From Chiloscyllium plagiosum (lineage: Eukaryota), in contig NC_057756.1 of assembly GCF_004010195.1 (NCBI RefSeq), positions 8,220,676-8,249,776 of the forward strand: DNA of 29,101 bases. Direction: 5' to 3'. The notes beneath the pieces were generated by a model. The model had not been told where the DNA came from. It saw only the letters and a program-made list of their open reading frames with translations, and did not search any database. How positions within the stretch are numbered: position 1 is the stretch's first letter; each line of letters starts with the position of its first letter. Of this stretch, positions 1 to 10,660 are shown piece by piece. The translations under genes and the position numbers were made by a program.

Positions 1-1485
1 GAGTGTCAGTACTGAGGGAGTGCAACACTATAGAAGGGTCAGTACTGAGGGTGTGCGGCACTGTCAGAGGGTCAGCGCTGATGGAGCACTGCAGTGTAGG
101 AGTGTCAGTACTGAGGGAGTGCAACACTATAGAAGGGTCAGTACTGAGGGTGTGCGGCACTGTCAGAGGGTCAGCGCTGATGGAGCACTGCAGTGTAGGA
201 GTGTCAGTACTGAGGGAGTGCAACACTATAGAAGGGTCAGTACTGAGGGTGTGCGGCACTGTCAGAGGGTCAGCGCTGATGGAGCACTGCAGTGTAGGAG
301 TGTCAGTACTGAGGGAGTGCAACACTATAGAAGGGTCAGTACTGAGGGTGTGCGGCACTGTCAGAGGGTCAGCGCTGATGGAGCACTGCAGTGTAGGAGT
401 GTCAGTACTGAGGGAGTGCAACACTATAGAAGGGTCAGTACTGAGGGTGTGCGGCACTGTCAGAGGGTCAGCGCTGATGGAGCACTGCAGTGTAGGAGTG
501 TCAGTACTGAGGGAGTGCAACACTATAGAAGGGTCAGTACTGAGGGTGTGCGGCACTGTCAGAGGGTCAGCGCTGATGGAGCACTGCAGTGTAGGAGTGT
601 CAGTACTGAGGGAGTGCAACACTATAGAAGGGTCAGTACTGAGGGTGTGCGGCACTGTCAGAGGGTCAGCGCTGATGGAGCACTGCAGTGTAGGAGTGTC
701 AGTACTGAGGGAGTGCAACACTATAGAAGGGTCAGTACTGAGGGTGTGCGGCACTGTCAGAGGGTCAGCGCTGATGGAGCACTGCAGTGTAGGAGTGTCA
801 GTACTGAGGGAGTGCAACACTATAGAAGGGTCAGTACTGAGGGTGTGCGGCACTGTCAGAGGGTCAGCGCTGATGGAGCACTGCAGTGTAGGAGTGTCAG
901 TACTGAGGGAGTGCAACACTATAGAAGGGTCAGTACTGAGGGTGTGCGGCACTGTCAGAGGGTCAGCGCTGATGGAGCACTGCAGTGTAGGAGTGTCAGT
1001 ACTGAGGGAGTGCAACACTATAGAAGGGTCAGTACTGAGGGTGTGCGGCACTGTCAGAGGGTCAGCGCTGATGGAGCACTGCAGTGTAGGAGTGTCAGTA
1101 CTGAGGGAGTGCAACACTATAGAAGGGTCAGTACTGAGGGTGTGCGGCACTGTCAGAGGGTCAGCGCTGATGGAGCACTGCAGTGTAGGAGTGTCAGTAC
1201 TGAGGGAGTGCAACACTATAGAAGGGTCAGTACTGAGGGTGTGCGGCACTGTTGGAGGGTCAGTGCCGAGGGAGTGCAACACTATAGAAGGGTCAGTACT
1301 GAGGGTGTGCGGCACTGTCAGAGGGTCAGCGCTGATGGAGCACTGCAGTGTAGGAGTGTCAGTACTGAGGGAGTGCAACACTATAGAAGGGTCAGTACTG
1401 AGGGTGTGCGGCACTGTTGGAGGGTCAGTGCTGAAGGAATGCCATGCTGTCAGAGGGTCAGTGATGAGAATGCATCACACTTTAG
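1..1485. repeat. Tandem array of 33-bp monomers organised as a 99-bp (A-B-C) higher-order unit; continues off the left edge
   Basis: The 99-bp unit gagtgtcagtactgagggag...cactgcagtgtag restarts at 1, 100, 199 ... 1189, giving 12 apparently identical units. Monomer order then becomes irregular and degenerates by about 1485. Confidence 0.98.
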
Positions 1486-1613
1486 GACTTCCTGAGAGGC
1501 TAAAGCAATGCATGCATCCTTGATACTTTCTGCTGTGTCAGCAGCCTCTCCCTGCTCTACTTCCCAGCTCCCCTATCATGGCCAAGGAGGTCAAGGCTGG
1601 ATGTTCCAGGATT

Positions 1614-2023
1614 GAGTCAAAACGTGTGGCGCTCGAAAAGAATAGCAGGTCAGGCACCATCTGAGGAGCAGGATAATCAACATTTCAGGCATCAGCCCTT
1701 CATCAGGAATGTGGGGGGAAATGGGGAGAAGGGTGCTGAGAGATAAATAGGAGGGTGGCGCTGTGGGGTGGTAGCTGTGAAGGCAATATGTAGATGCCAA
1801 CCTATCACTGTCACCTCCCACCTGCATCTTCCCAACTACCTTCCCCCCAGCCCCACTCCCACCCTCCCATTTATCTCTCAGCCCTCTCCCCCCTATTCCT
1901 GATGAAGGGTTTATATCCGAAATAGTGATTCTCCTGCTCCTTGGATGCTGCCTGTCCTGCTGTGCTTTTCCAGCGCCACATTTTCGACTCTGATCTCCAG
2001 CATCTGCAGTCCTCACTTTCTCC
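1614..2023. mobile_element. Penelope-like element terminal repeats (family A) as an inverted pair, each arm with a hammerhead-like core
   Basis: About 1614-1797 is the approximate reverse complement of about 1821-1990. CTGATGA-stem-GAAA occurs at 1895-1931 (+) and 1675-1710 (-). The same tail (ctccagcatctgcag..ctcactttctcc) is attached to GIY-YIG-like coding sequence at 21967-22226. Confidence 0.85.
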
Positions 2024-2339
2024 CTATCACAGGACTGAGTCTTTCTGTGGACTGACAGATACCAGTTGCTGCTTATTAGGGACCAGAAGCTGTGTTGTTA
2101 AGTCCTGTGCTGTATTTGTGCTGACAACTGAGATTCTTCCCCTACTATAAGTAACTCCACACTCAGCAATTCCCAAAGGGAGGTTCCTGTCATGTTTCAG
2201 AAAGATGTCACAATGGTCAGTTACAACAAAAATTTCACTGTGACTGGAAAATAACTGCTTGCAGAATGTATGTATTTTTAACAAATGAAACCCAAGATAA
2301 ACTTCTATTTCTGGCCATAGAACTGAAAGTAGAATCGAA

Positions 2340-2720
2340 ATGTAAGAAAGTTACATTAAACTTTCAGAGCATTATTCAGACCACATTTTGATCATGGCGC
2401 ATGGCTTTTGTATGCCTCTGTTCGGCCCATACTCGGAATACTGTGTACAGTTCCAGTCTCCCTTTGTTTGACCACATGTGGAGCACTGTACACAATTCCT
2501 GTCTCCACATTTATGGAGAGGGTGTAGAGGCACTGGAGAAGGTGAAACTCAGATGTGTCAGCTTGAATCCAGACTGAGAAATTGTTACTATCAAGAAAGA
2601 TTTACCAGGCTGGAGATTGTTTCCTTGAGCGACGACTGAAGGTTGACCTGATACACAGCTTCAAACAATGATATGACTTTGATCAGGTTGATGTTGAGAT
2701 GTTTGAATCTGTTGATTTAG
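2340..2720 (+). mobile_element. Degraded CR1 LINE ORF2 3' fragment
   Basis: Repeated remnants of the CR1 RPHLEYCVQFWSP segment (cggcccatactcggaatactgtgtacagttc) followed by sequence resembling LEKVQ...RLxRLGLFSLE...GDLI. Confidence 0.7.
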
Positions 2721-3053
2721 AAACTGAGAGGGCCACAATAGAATGTAGCTGGCTCTCAAACAGCAAGTGATGATGGTGGAGACAAGAATATATCAATCCC
2801 CTAGGGGCCCTTCCTGCAGGACATAGTGTATTGACTAGTGGCACAGGCTGGAAAGATTGAAGGGTCTGCTCCTATCACCATTCACCTCTGTTCTGTTCGA
2901 GAGTCAAATGACTCTCAAAATTGAAATTGAGTGAGGTTCACATTACCCCTCAGTAGCCAAAGGAAAGGGAATTCTTTGAAAGCTGTGCAGTGGACTTCAG
3001 AAAACTTTAATCTGATCAGTACAATTATCTCTTTGTCAATCCTTCACAATCAG

Positions 3054-3174
3054 TGGGAATGAGATGGGAACTGATACAGAAATACGGACTGGTAGCTGCA
3101 GGAGGCGCTGTTCTGCTCATCACCTCACCACTTCTGATTTACTTCATTGTCAAGGCCAGAAAGAGAAGAGACAA
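3054..3174 (+). CDS. Transmembrane exon of a type I single-pass receptor (possibly Ig-superfamily, Siglec/CD22-like)
   Basis: Acceptor ...ccttcacaatcag and donor AA/gtaagt; 121 nt, phase 1 to phase 2. Encodes xGMRWELIQKYGLVAAGGAVLLITSPLLIYFIVKARKRRD, a hydrophobic helix followed by a basic stop-transfer cluster. Confidence 0.85.
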
Positions 3175-3194
3175 GTAAGTGAATGACATATACC

Positions 3195-3620
3195 TCTTCC
3201 CACACTTGTAACCCCCTCCAGCCCCTACACATCTCCCTATCTCTACAACCTCCTGCAGCCTCCATACCACACCCTAACTCTGTAACTCCCTCCAGCACTT
3301 ACATCCCTCCCTATCTCTGTAACCTCCTCTGAACCCTACACCCGTCCCTATCTCTCTAACCTCCTGCAAACCCTACATCCCTCCTTATCTCTGTAACATC
3401 CTCCAGTCCATTCACCACTCCCTATCTCTGCAACCTTCTTCAACCACTACATCCATCCTATTTCTGCAACCCCCTCCAGTCCCAAACCCTTCTCTATCTG
3501 TAACCTCCTCCAGCACTGACACCCCTCCCTCTCTCAGTAACATCCTCCAGCCCCAATTCCCCTTCCTACTTCTGTAACCTCCTCCAGTGCCGACACCCCT
3601 CCCTTTCCCAGTAACCTCAT
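3195..3620 (+). repeat. Degenerate pyrimidine-rich minisatellite of about 38 bp (ctccctatctctgtaacctcctccagcccctacacc), probably L2 LINE-derived
   Basis: About 11 imperfect units are visible. The unit translates as PYLCNLLQP, resembling the L2 ORF2 C-terminal region. The reverse-complement array is at 19160-19470. Confidence 0.85.
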
Positions 3621-3624
3621 CCTT

Positions 3625-4082
3625 GGGACCTGGGTTCAAATCTCACCACAGTCAAAGGTAGAAATTTGAATTTTGATGTATCCAAATATTGTTCTGATCT
3701 GGGAGGTGTCTGTACCTAACTGAACTTCTGAAGTACATCTAACAAGGCCCCTGAGGCAGCACCTTCTAATCTCCTGCCCACTTCACTTCCATCTGAAAGG
3801 ACAAGGGCAGACACGTGGAAACACCGACCCTGCAAGTTCCCCTTCTAGCCACTCATCATCCAGATTCCGGGGGTGGGGGGAGGAGGAATTATGCTTCCTT
3901 CACTGTCACTGGGTCAAGCTCCTGGAATTCCCTCATTAAGGGCTCTGTGGGTCTACCTCCAGCACGTGGACTGTAGTGGTTCAAGAAGGCAGCTCACTGC
4001 CATCTTCTCAAGGGTTAGGAGCAGGCAACAAATACTGGCCCAGCCAGTGATGCCCCCATCCTGGGTGTGAATAATAAAAAAG
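3625..4082 (+). mobile_element. SINE head fragment followed by the 3' end of an old LINE family
   Basis: B-box-like gggttcaaatc near 3632. 3750-4082 contains ttcaagaaggcagctcac...ggcccagccagtgatgcccccatcc and ends in an A-rich tail (gaataataaaaaa). The family name was not determined. Confidence 0.55.
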
Positions 4083-4477
4083 TGAAGGTGAGACGTTGTG
4101 ATTTGGGACGTTCTGCCTGAAATGGCAGTGGAAGTAGCTTCAACAGAAACTTCTGAAATATTTCCTGGAAGTGGGGGAAGGAGCGGCGTGAGCAGTAGAG
4201 ACTGAAAGGAAAGACCTTTCAAACAGCCAGCACCTCTTCTTGAAATGGATCATCTCTGAATTGTGTGTGAAGTGTCATTTCTCCTCCAATCTCTTGAATT
4301 GTCCCTGTTCAGAAAGCACTGGACCATCCTCACCTTCCTGAATCGCTGTCCAGTTTTAACGTGGGGGACCGCTGCTGTACTTCAGATCATGAACTATCCA
4401 CAATCGTTAAAGTATGATCAAATTAAGATAACTCACCATCCATTTCAGTGTGTGCAATGGGGTGATCTCTTAACAAG

Positions 4478-4700
4478 CCGCTCCTGTGGTGCATTCATTG
4501 GTAATATCCCTCCCTTTAGGCTAGATGATCTGGGTTCAAATCCCACCCACCTCAGATGTCTACCTGACCACATTGATCAAAAACTGTACTTGAGGCCTCT
4601 GCTCCTGTGGCAGGAGGACAGGGCCCTTACCTTTGAATCAGGTTAGCCAGGTTCATCTCCCATCTGCTCCAGAAATGTGTATTAACATCATTGAACACTA
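4478..4700 (+). mobile_element. Two tandem degenerate tRNA-derived SINE-like copies
   Basis: Both start with gctcctgtgg (about 4479 and 4602), have a B-box-like ggttca and share the following cccac/cccatc...cag segment. Confidence 0.45.
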
Positions 4701-4777
4701 ATTGAGAAGCGTGTTGGTCTCTCCCTTAATTGTTCCCCACATTTATCATTTTGCTTGAAAAAAACATGTGCCTTCAG

Positions 4778-4907
4778 GCCACGAGGAAATGGAATCAAAC
4801 AAACACAGAAGGCAAACTCAACGACAAAGTCTGAGCTGATGTCAGTGAGGCCAAAGCAAACGGAGAAATGCATCGAAGCATTTGTCACGCGAGCCAAAGT
4901 GAACCAG
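4778..4907 (+). CDS. First cytoplasmic exon of the same receptor
   Basis: Acceptor gccttcag (weak pyrimidine tract) and donor CAG/gtaaca; 130 nt, phase 2 to phase 0, compatible with both flanking exons. Encodes KPRGNGIKQTQKANSTTKSELMSVRPKQTEKCIEAFVTRAKVNQ. Confidence 0.7.
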
Positions 4908-5099
4908 GTAACAGCTCTTTACCATGTCTGGGGGCATACATCGCAGCATTTCTGTGATCGAATTGGCAGAGTCCAACATGATAAGATAAAGGAATGTCAT
5001 CTTTCTGCGTGGCATTTTACCACTTCACACAAAATAAGGCTTCAGTTATCACATGTTAGACCCATATGATCAACCACAGCACTACAGAGGAGTGACAGA

Positions 5100-5755
5100 A
5101 GTTAAGAGGGCTAAGGTTGAACCTCCTTTCACCTCGGCCTGACAACAGCCCAGGTCTGAAAAACAGCAGCGGCTGAGATAGCTGAAGCACTGGTTTTAAT
5201 TTTTTTTTAATTTTGCCTAAATCCCTCTTGGGGATTGCATAGCATTTTTCTGCTCAGGATAGGAAGGTAACAGAAGATTGGAAACTCAATGCCAGTTAAG
5301 CTTCTCAGCTGTTGTACGGGAAAATGCTAAATCCATGATTAAGGTTATAAAATTGTAAAACTTAATGCCTTCACGCAGCCTCAACATGGTTTTTGAAAGG
5401 GAAATCATGCTTGATTACTCTGAGAGAGATGACTGAGGAAATTGTAAGATTTGTGGATAAAAGGACAACTATAAATGTGGCATACTTAGATTTCCATAAA
5501 GTGTTTAGCAAGGTCATACAGCAGAAGTTACTAAATGTAGAAAGTGCTCTTGGTGCAGCTAGTAATATATTATCATGTATAGCGTTGCTCAGCAAACAGG
5601 AAAGAGACAGGAAGGAGAAATGGGTCATTTCCAAGTTGGCAAGATAGAACTGGTGGAGTACCACAGGGATCAGTGCTGGAGCCTCAACCATTCACAATCT
5701 AAATAATAATAAGAACTTATTGTACAGTTGCTAAATTTGCTGATGGCGCAAAATG
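5100..5755 (+). mobile_element. Degraded CR1 LINE reverse transcriptase fragment
   Basis: ORF 5393-5647 has KGKSCLITL...VAYLDFHKVFSKV, followed by remnants of GVPQGSVL and KFAD. Confidence 0.9.
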
Positions 5756-5851
5756 TTGTATTTTTATACTGTGTTTTTTTTTACTGGAATCAATAATATC
5801 AATCACTGATCACTCTGATTGTTATACCTCTCAATTCCCTTTCTATTACAG

Positions 5852-5968
5852 AGGAAAGATGACGAGGGGCTAGAAATGAAATCTAACCTTCACCCAAATT
5901 CAAACCTAGAAGGTAACCTGTATGAAAACTACCAGTGGGACCAGGATCTTGTGTACACAAATATATAA
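5852..5968 (+). CDS. Terminal coding exon of the same receptor, with tyrosine signalling motifs
   Basis: Strong acceptor ttccctttctattacag, phase 0. Encodes RKDDEGLEMKSNLHPNSNLEGNLYENYQWDQDLVYTNI, with TAA at 5966-5968. Confidence 0.82.
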   Translation, partial: RKDDEGLEMKSNLHPNSNLEGNLYENYQWDQDLVYTNI

Positions 5969-6384
5969 ACAGAACTGGGAAAAGGGACGTGTGCTCGTCC
6001 AGAAGGCAGAATCAGAAATTCCTGTAATTATTACAGCATCAATCAAAGCTATTCAACCCATCATATCCATTCTAGTCCTTCAAACAAGCACTGCTCCTCA
6101 CCCACCCCTCTACCCACAGTCCACCTCAGCAGCCTATTTTGAATATTTCAATAATACGAAATGATGTGCAATGCAGAAGGAGGCCAGTCAGGAAGCCAGG
6201 CACCCAGCCTTATCCCACTTTCCAGCAAGTGGTCCATATCCCTGGAAGATAGTGGACTTCAGAAATTATATGCCAATATGCAGACATTTTTTTAAAGAAG
6301 GTGAGAGTTTCCATCTTGATCATCTTTCAAATAGTGAGTTCCACATCTCCAACTCATTCGAGTGCAAAATCTTTGCTTATCTTT

Positions 6385-7525
6385 CATAAGAAATAGGAAC
6401 AGGAGGAGGCCATTCGGCCCCTCAAGTCTGCTCTGCCACTCCATAGGATCATGGCTGATCTCACATTTCTCATGTCCATGTTCTTGCCCTTTCTCCATAA
6501 CTCTTGATTCCCTGATTGATCAAAAATCCATCTGAATATACACAACAGTCTACCCCCACAGTTTGCTGTGGCAAGGAGTTCGAAAGACTCTTAGCCTTTG
6601 GAGAGAAGAAATTTCTCCTCATCTCAGTTTGAAATTGGTTTCCCTTTATTCTGAGACTATGCCCTCTGGTCGTGGGCTCTCCCAGGAAGGGGAAACATTC
6701 TCTCAGCATTTACCCAGTCAAACCCATTCAGAATCCAATATGGTTCAATGAAATCACCTCTCATTTTTCTAAACTCCAATGAGTACAGTCCCAACATGTT
6801 TAACTTTTGCTTATAAGGCAATTTCTCCATTCTGGGGACTATCCCAGTTAACCTTCTCTGAACTGCCTCCAATGAAATTATCTTTCCTTAAATAAGGGGA
6901 CCAAAGCTGATGTCAGTACTCCAGATTAGGTCCCAACAGAACCTTGTACAGTTCCAGTGAGACTTCCTTCATCTTATCCTCCAAACCCATTGAAATAAAG
7001 GCCAACATTCCACTCGCCTTCCTGATTACCTGCTGCTCCCTCTGTACTAGCTCTGTGTTTTGTGCACAAGTACCCCGAACTTTGTGTTGCAACTTTCCAT
7101 TCCAAAATGAACAACTTCACATTTTCCCACGTTGCACAACATTTGCCAACTTTTTGCCCACCCACTTAACCTATTAATATTGCTTTATAAATCTCTGTAT
7201 TCCTCTCATAACTTGGCTTGCCACCTATTTTTATTATCTGCAAATTTGACTACAGTACATCCATTTCTTTCCTCCAAGTCAGTAATACCTTCGGTAAACA
7301 CTTGTAGTCCCAGCACTGATCCCTGTGGACCTTCACTGGTCAAGGGTCTCCAACCTGAAAAGGAACCCCTTATCTCCACTCATTGTTTCCTGCCCATTAG
7401 CCAATTTTCAATCCATGACAAGAATCCTCCTCCCAATACCATGCACTCTTACCTTATAACTTATAACAACCTTTTGTGAGCTTGTTAAATGCCTTCTGCA
7501 AATCCAAATACACCATATCCACTGA
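6385..7525 (-). mobile_element. CR1 LINE, 5'-truncated, RT C-terminus to 3' end
   Basis: Minus-strand ORFs EAVQRRLTGIVP...LGLYSLEFRKMRGD and TRGHSLRIKG...MRRNFFS; 3' tail near 6385. Confidence 0.92.
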
Positions 7526-7768
7526 TTCTCCTCTGACCACTCTGGTGGAGACATCCGTGTAAAACTACCCCCCTCCCCCAACTCAAATGCAATAGGTGGC
7601 ACTTGGTAGAAGAGATGTACTTTCATTCAAAGGTTCCCTCTCTCAGCAAACAAAACAAATATGTACAGGCCTCTGTATTGTGAATAGACTTTCTGCACTG
7701 TCGGGAGAGTCAGTGTTGGAATATGAAGTGCAATTGGATTCCAGTTCATGAAATCACAGATTTTTTTA

Positions 7769-8824
7769 TCATTTAGCAGATTTGAGAATTAATTTGAATG
7801 GGTATTTTGATGCATTCTTCACTTCTTCTCTGAATTTAGTCTGGGTTACTGTATAAATAAATGTGTTGGTGCAGAGGCTGAGAATCAGAAGCATTTCTCC
7901 CATGGATTCAATGCTGTATATTGTATCTGTGTAGGAGGAATCATAATGATCAGGGGAGCAATTCTCCGATAAAGGTTAAACACAACGTTTATCATCCAAA
8001 GCGATATGAAATTGCCAGATATAGTGAAGAGTAAGATGATGGATTTTCTCCGGGTCACTATCTCTGGGTCTTTGTGATCTGTGTAGGAGGAATCATAATG
8101 ATCAGGGGAGCAATTCTCCGATAAAGGTTAAACACAACATATATCATCCATAACAGTATGAAATTGCCAGATATAGTGAAGAGTAAAATGATGGATTTTC
8201 TCCGGGTCACTATCTCTGGGTCTTTGTGATTTCCTCCACTGCTGATACCCCGCAGTGCCGTGCGGACTCGACTGGTCACTAAAATAGATCTTGCTGTCAG
8301 AGCATTAAGCAGCAGAACCAGAACAAATGGGAGACATGGAGTTAAAGTCAGGTGAAGCAGTTCATATCCAGCCCACCATGGGGAAGTGTAGAAGTTTGGT
8401 TTAAAAATACAATACCAAGGAACATTATCAATTGAATATTCAGGTTCATATGTAAAATACCAGGGCAATGCCTCTAAACAACTAAGTACACTCACTGTTC
8501 CCACAACCACAGCTGCCGTTTTCTGGGTACAATATTTTGGTTTCAGCTTCTGACAACAAATTGCCACAAATCGATCGAAGGTAAAAGCGACTGTGAGCCA
8601 AACAGAGGCACCTGTGGTTGTAAACATCAGGGTGAGAATGAGGCTACACACTGGAGTAATCTCTAGGAATGAATCTTCAAAATAAATTGAAGTAGTCCAG
8701 TTCAATACGACATCGAAGATAACAACTAGGAGATCGGCCACTGCCATTCCCACCAAATACTGAGTAATACATGGAGAGAGACCACATTTTCCCCGACTCA
8801 GGATAACAATTGCGAACAGGTTAA
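7769..8824 (-). pseudogene. GPR139/GPR142-like class A GPCR, exon 2, disrupted by a frameshift and a 152-bp duplication
   Basis: Acceptor tttccctctcttccag at 8825. Motifs MAVADLLV (TM2), SVWLTVAFTFDRFVAIC (TM3), LPF..LLNALT (TM5) and RRKSIILLFTISGNFILLW (TM6). The open frame stops at 8058. TM7 and tail (LSLCTNTFIYTVTQTKFREEVKNASKYPF...TGA at 7771-7769) lie in another frame. Confidence 0.88.
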
Positions 8825-8974
8825 CTGGAAGAGAGGGAAACAAATCCAATAATTTCAAGATTGGACTTAGAATAAAATTAGCAGTTTAAAGGGACAAAAA
8901 TGAAACTTTTAGCATTGTTACCTCATCAAATAGTAAAAACTTATTGAAAAATAAAATCCCTATTTACCAAAAGA

Positions 8975-9105
8975 ACTGAGCAGAAAGAAAGCAGAGTCCA
9001 GTGACCTTTCTTCAGAGCAGACCCAAAATATGAAGTCTACTTTGTCTTGATAGATGCTTTCAGACCAACAAATTCTAATCTTGTTTCTGATTTCCAGCAT
9101 TCACA
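8975..9105. mobile_element. Highly degraded, collapsed Penelope-like terminal fragment (family B-like)
   Basis: gtccagtgacctttcttcaga resembles 12841-12861, and gacccaaaa...agatgct...tttctgatttccagcat resembles the opposite arm. Confidence 0.45.
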
Positions 9106-9108
9106 ATT

Positions 9109-9640
9109 ATAGAGTCATAGAAATGTATAACATGGAAACAGACACTTCAGTCCAACCCGTCCGTGCCGACCAGATATCCCAACCCAATCTAGTCCCACCT
9201 GCCAGCACCCGGCTCATATCCCTCCAAATCCGTCCTATTCATATACCCATCCAAATGCCTCTTAAATGTTGCAATTGTACCAGCTACCACCACTTCCTCT
9301 GGCAGCTCATTCCATACACATACCACCCTCTGTGTGAAACACTTGCCCCTTAGGTCTCTTTTATATCTTTCCCCTCTCACCCTAAACCTATGCCCTCTAG
9401 TTCTGAACTCCCCGACTCCAGGGAAAAGACTTTGCCTATTTACCCTATCCATGCCCCTCATAATTTTGTAAACCTCTATAAGGTCACCCCTCAGCCTCCA
9501 ATGCTCCAGGGAAAACAGCCCCAGCCTGTTCAGCCTCTCCCTATAGCTCAAATCCTCCAACCCTGGCAACATCCTTGTACATCTTTTCTGAACCCTTTCA
9601 AGTTTCACAACATCTTTCCAATAGGAAGGAGACCAGAATT
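9109..9640 (-). mobile_element. Young 5'-truncated CR1 LINE 3' end (intronic)
   Basis: Open frame FWSPSYWKDVVKLERVQKRCTRMLPGLEDLSYRERLNRLGLFSLE...TRGHRFRV; ctatgactcta tail at about 9109-9119. Confidence 0.95.
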
Positions 9641-10078
9641 TTTTGTTTAGTGAAACCATATTCATTGACTTGGACGTTTCTTTGCCACAGAGAAACAGTC
9701 AATTGTGAATTATTCATTGGCAAATCAGTAGGGAAACTGAATTAAACCTGAACAGAGTCCACTAAACGTGTTGAGAAAAAATGCCACAGGAACCACGCAA
9801 ACGTTTTGATGCTGTGTTGAGTTGCATTCAAGTTGGGTAAAAACAAAAAAAAGGAAACTGCTGAGACAAATAGGAGTGAGTTTGAGGTTTCAGTGTTGGA
9901 ATAGGCAGCCCAAAGCTGAGTACAAATGTGAGGGAGACAAGAAAAATCTACAGAAACTGAGAAGGTAGGAGTACATGATATTGGAAAGTGTTCAAACTGA
10001 AGTATCAACTTAACAGAAAATCGAACCAAGTTTAAGCGTTCGGCTGAGATTCCGCTGTTTTCAGAGAACGTAAGCAAA

Positions 10079-10660
10079 TAGAGTCATAGAGATGTACAGA
10101 AACAGACCCTTTGGTCCTACTTGCCCATGCCAACCAGATATCCCAACCCAATTAATCCCTCCTGCCAACTCCTGGCCCATATCCTTCCAAACCCTTCCTA
10201 TTCATATACCCATCCAGATGCCTTTTAAATGCTTAATTGTACCAGCCTCCACCACATCCTCTGGCAGCTCATTCCATACACATACCACCCTCTGCATGAA
10301 AAGGTTGCCCCTTAGATCTCTTCTATATCTTTCCCCTCTCACCCTAAACCTATGCCCTCTAGTTCGGGACTCCCTCACCCCAGGGAAACAACCTTGTCTA
10401 TTTATCCTATTCATGCCCCTCATGATTTTGTAAACCTCTATAAGGTCACCCCTCAGCCTCCGACGCTCCAGGGAAAACAACCCCAGCCTGTTCAACTTCT
10501 CCCTGTAGCTCAAACCTTCCAACCCTAGCAACATTCTTGTAAATCTTTTCTGAACCCTTTCAAGTTTCACAACATCCTTCCGATAGGAAGGAGAGCAGAA
10601 CTGCACGCAATATTCCAACAGCGGCCTAACCAACATCCTGTACAGCCGCAACACGACCTG
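10079..10660 (-). mobile_element. Young 5'-truncated CR1 LINE 3' end, same subfamily as 9109-9640
   Basis: ORF MLRLYRMLVRPLLEYCVQFCSPSYRKDVVKLERVQKRFTRML, the same tail, and close sequence similarity to the 9109 copy. Confidence 0.95.

Noticed and set aside
1..1485. CRISPR-like array of palindromic repeats
   Set aside because: No unique spacers, no cas genes, and the context is eukaryotic.
3..1523. 506-aa and 491-aa repetitive ORFs
   Set aside because: They arise because the 99-bp unit lacks stop codons in two frames; there is no unique coding flank.
7769..8228. Idea that the 152-bp duplication compensates the frameshift and restores TM7
   Set aside because: Frame arithmetic fails: the main ORF codons end at positions 0 mod 3 (8058), TM7 codons at 2 mod 3 (7769), and a TAG intervenes at 8060-8058.
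8825..8858. ORF-track N-terminus MKLLDLFPSLP of the GPCR
   Set aside because: Non-ATG start within the intron's polypyrimidine tract; the real exon 1 is at 13263-13194.
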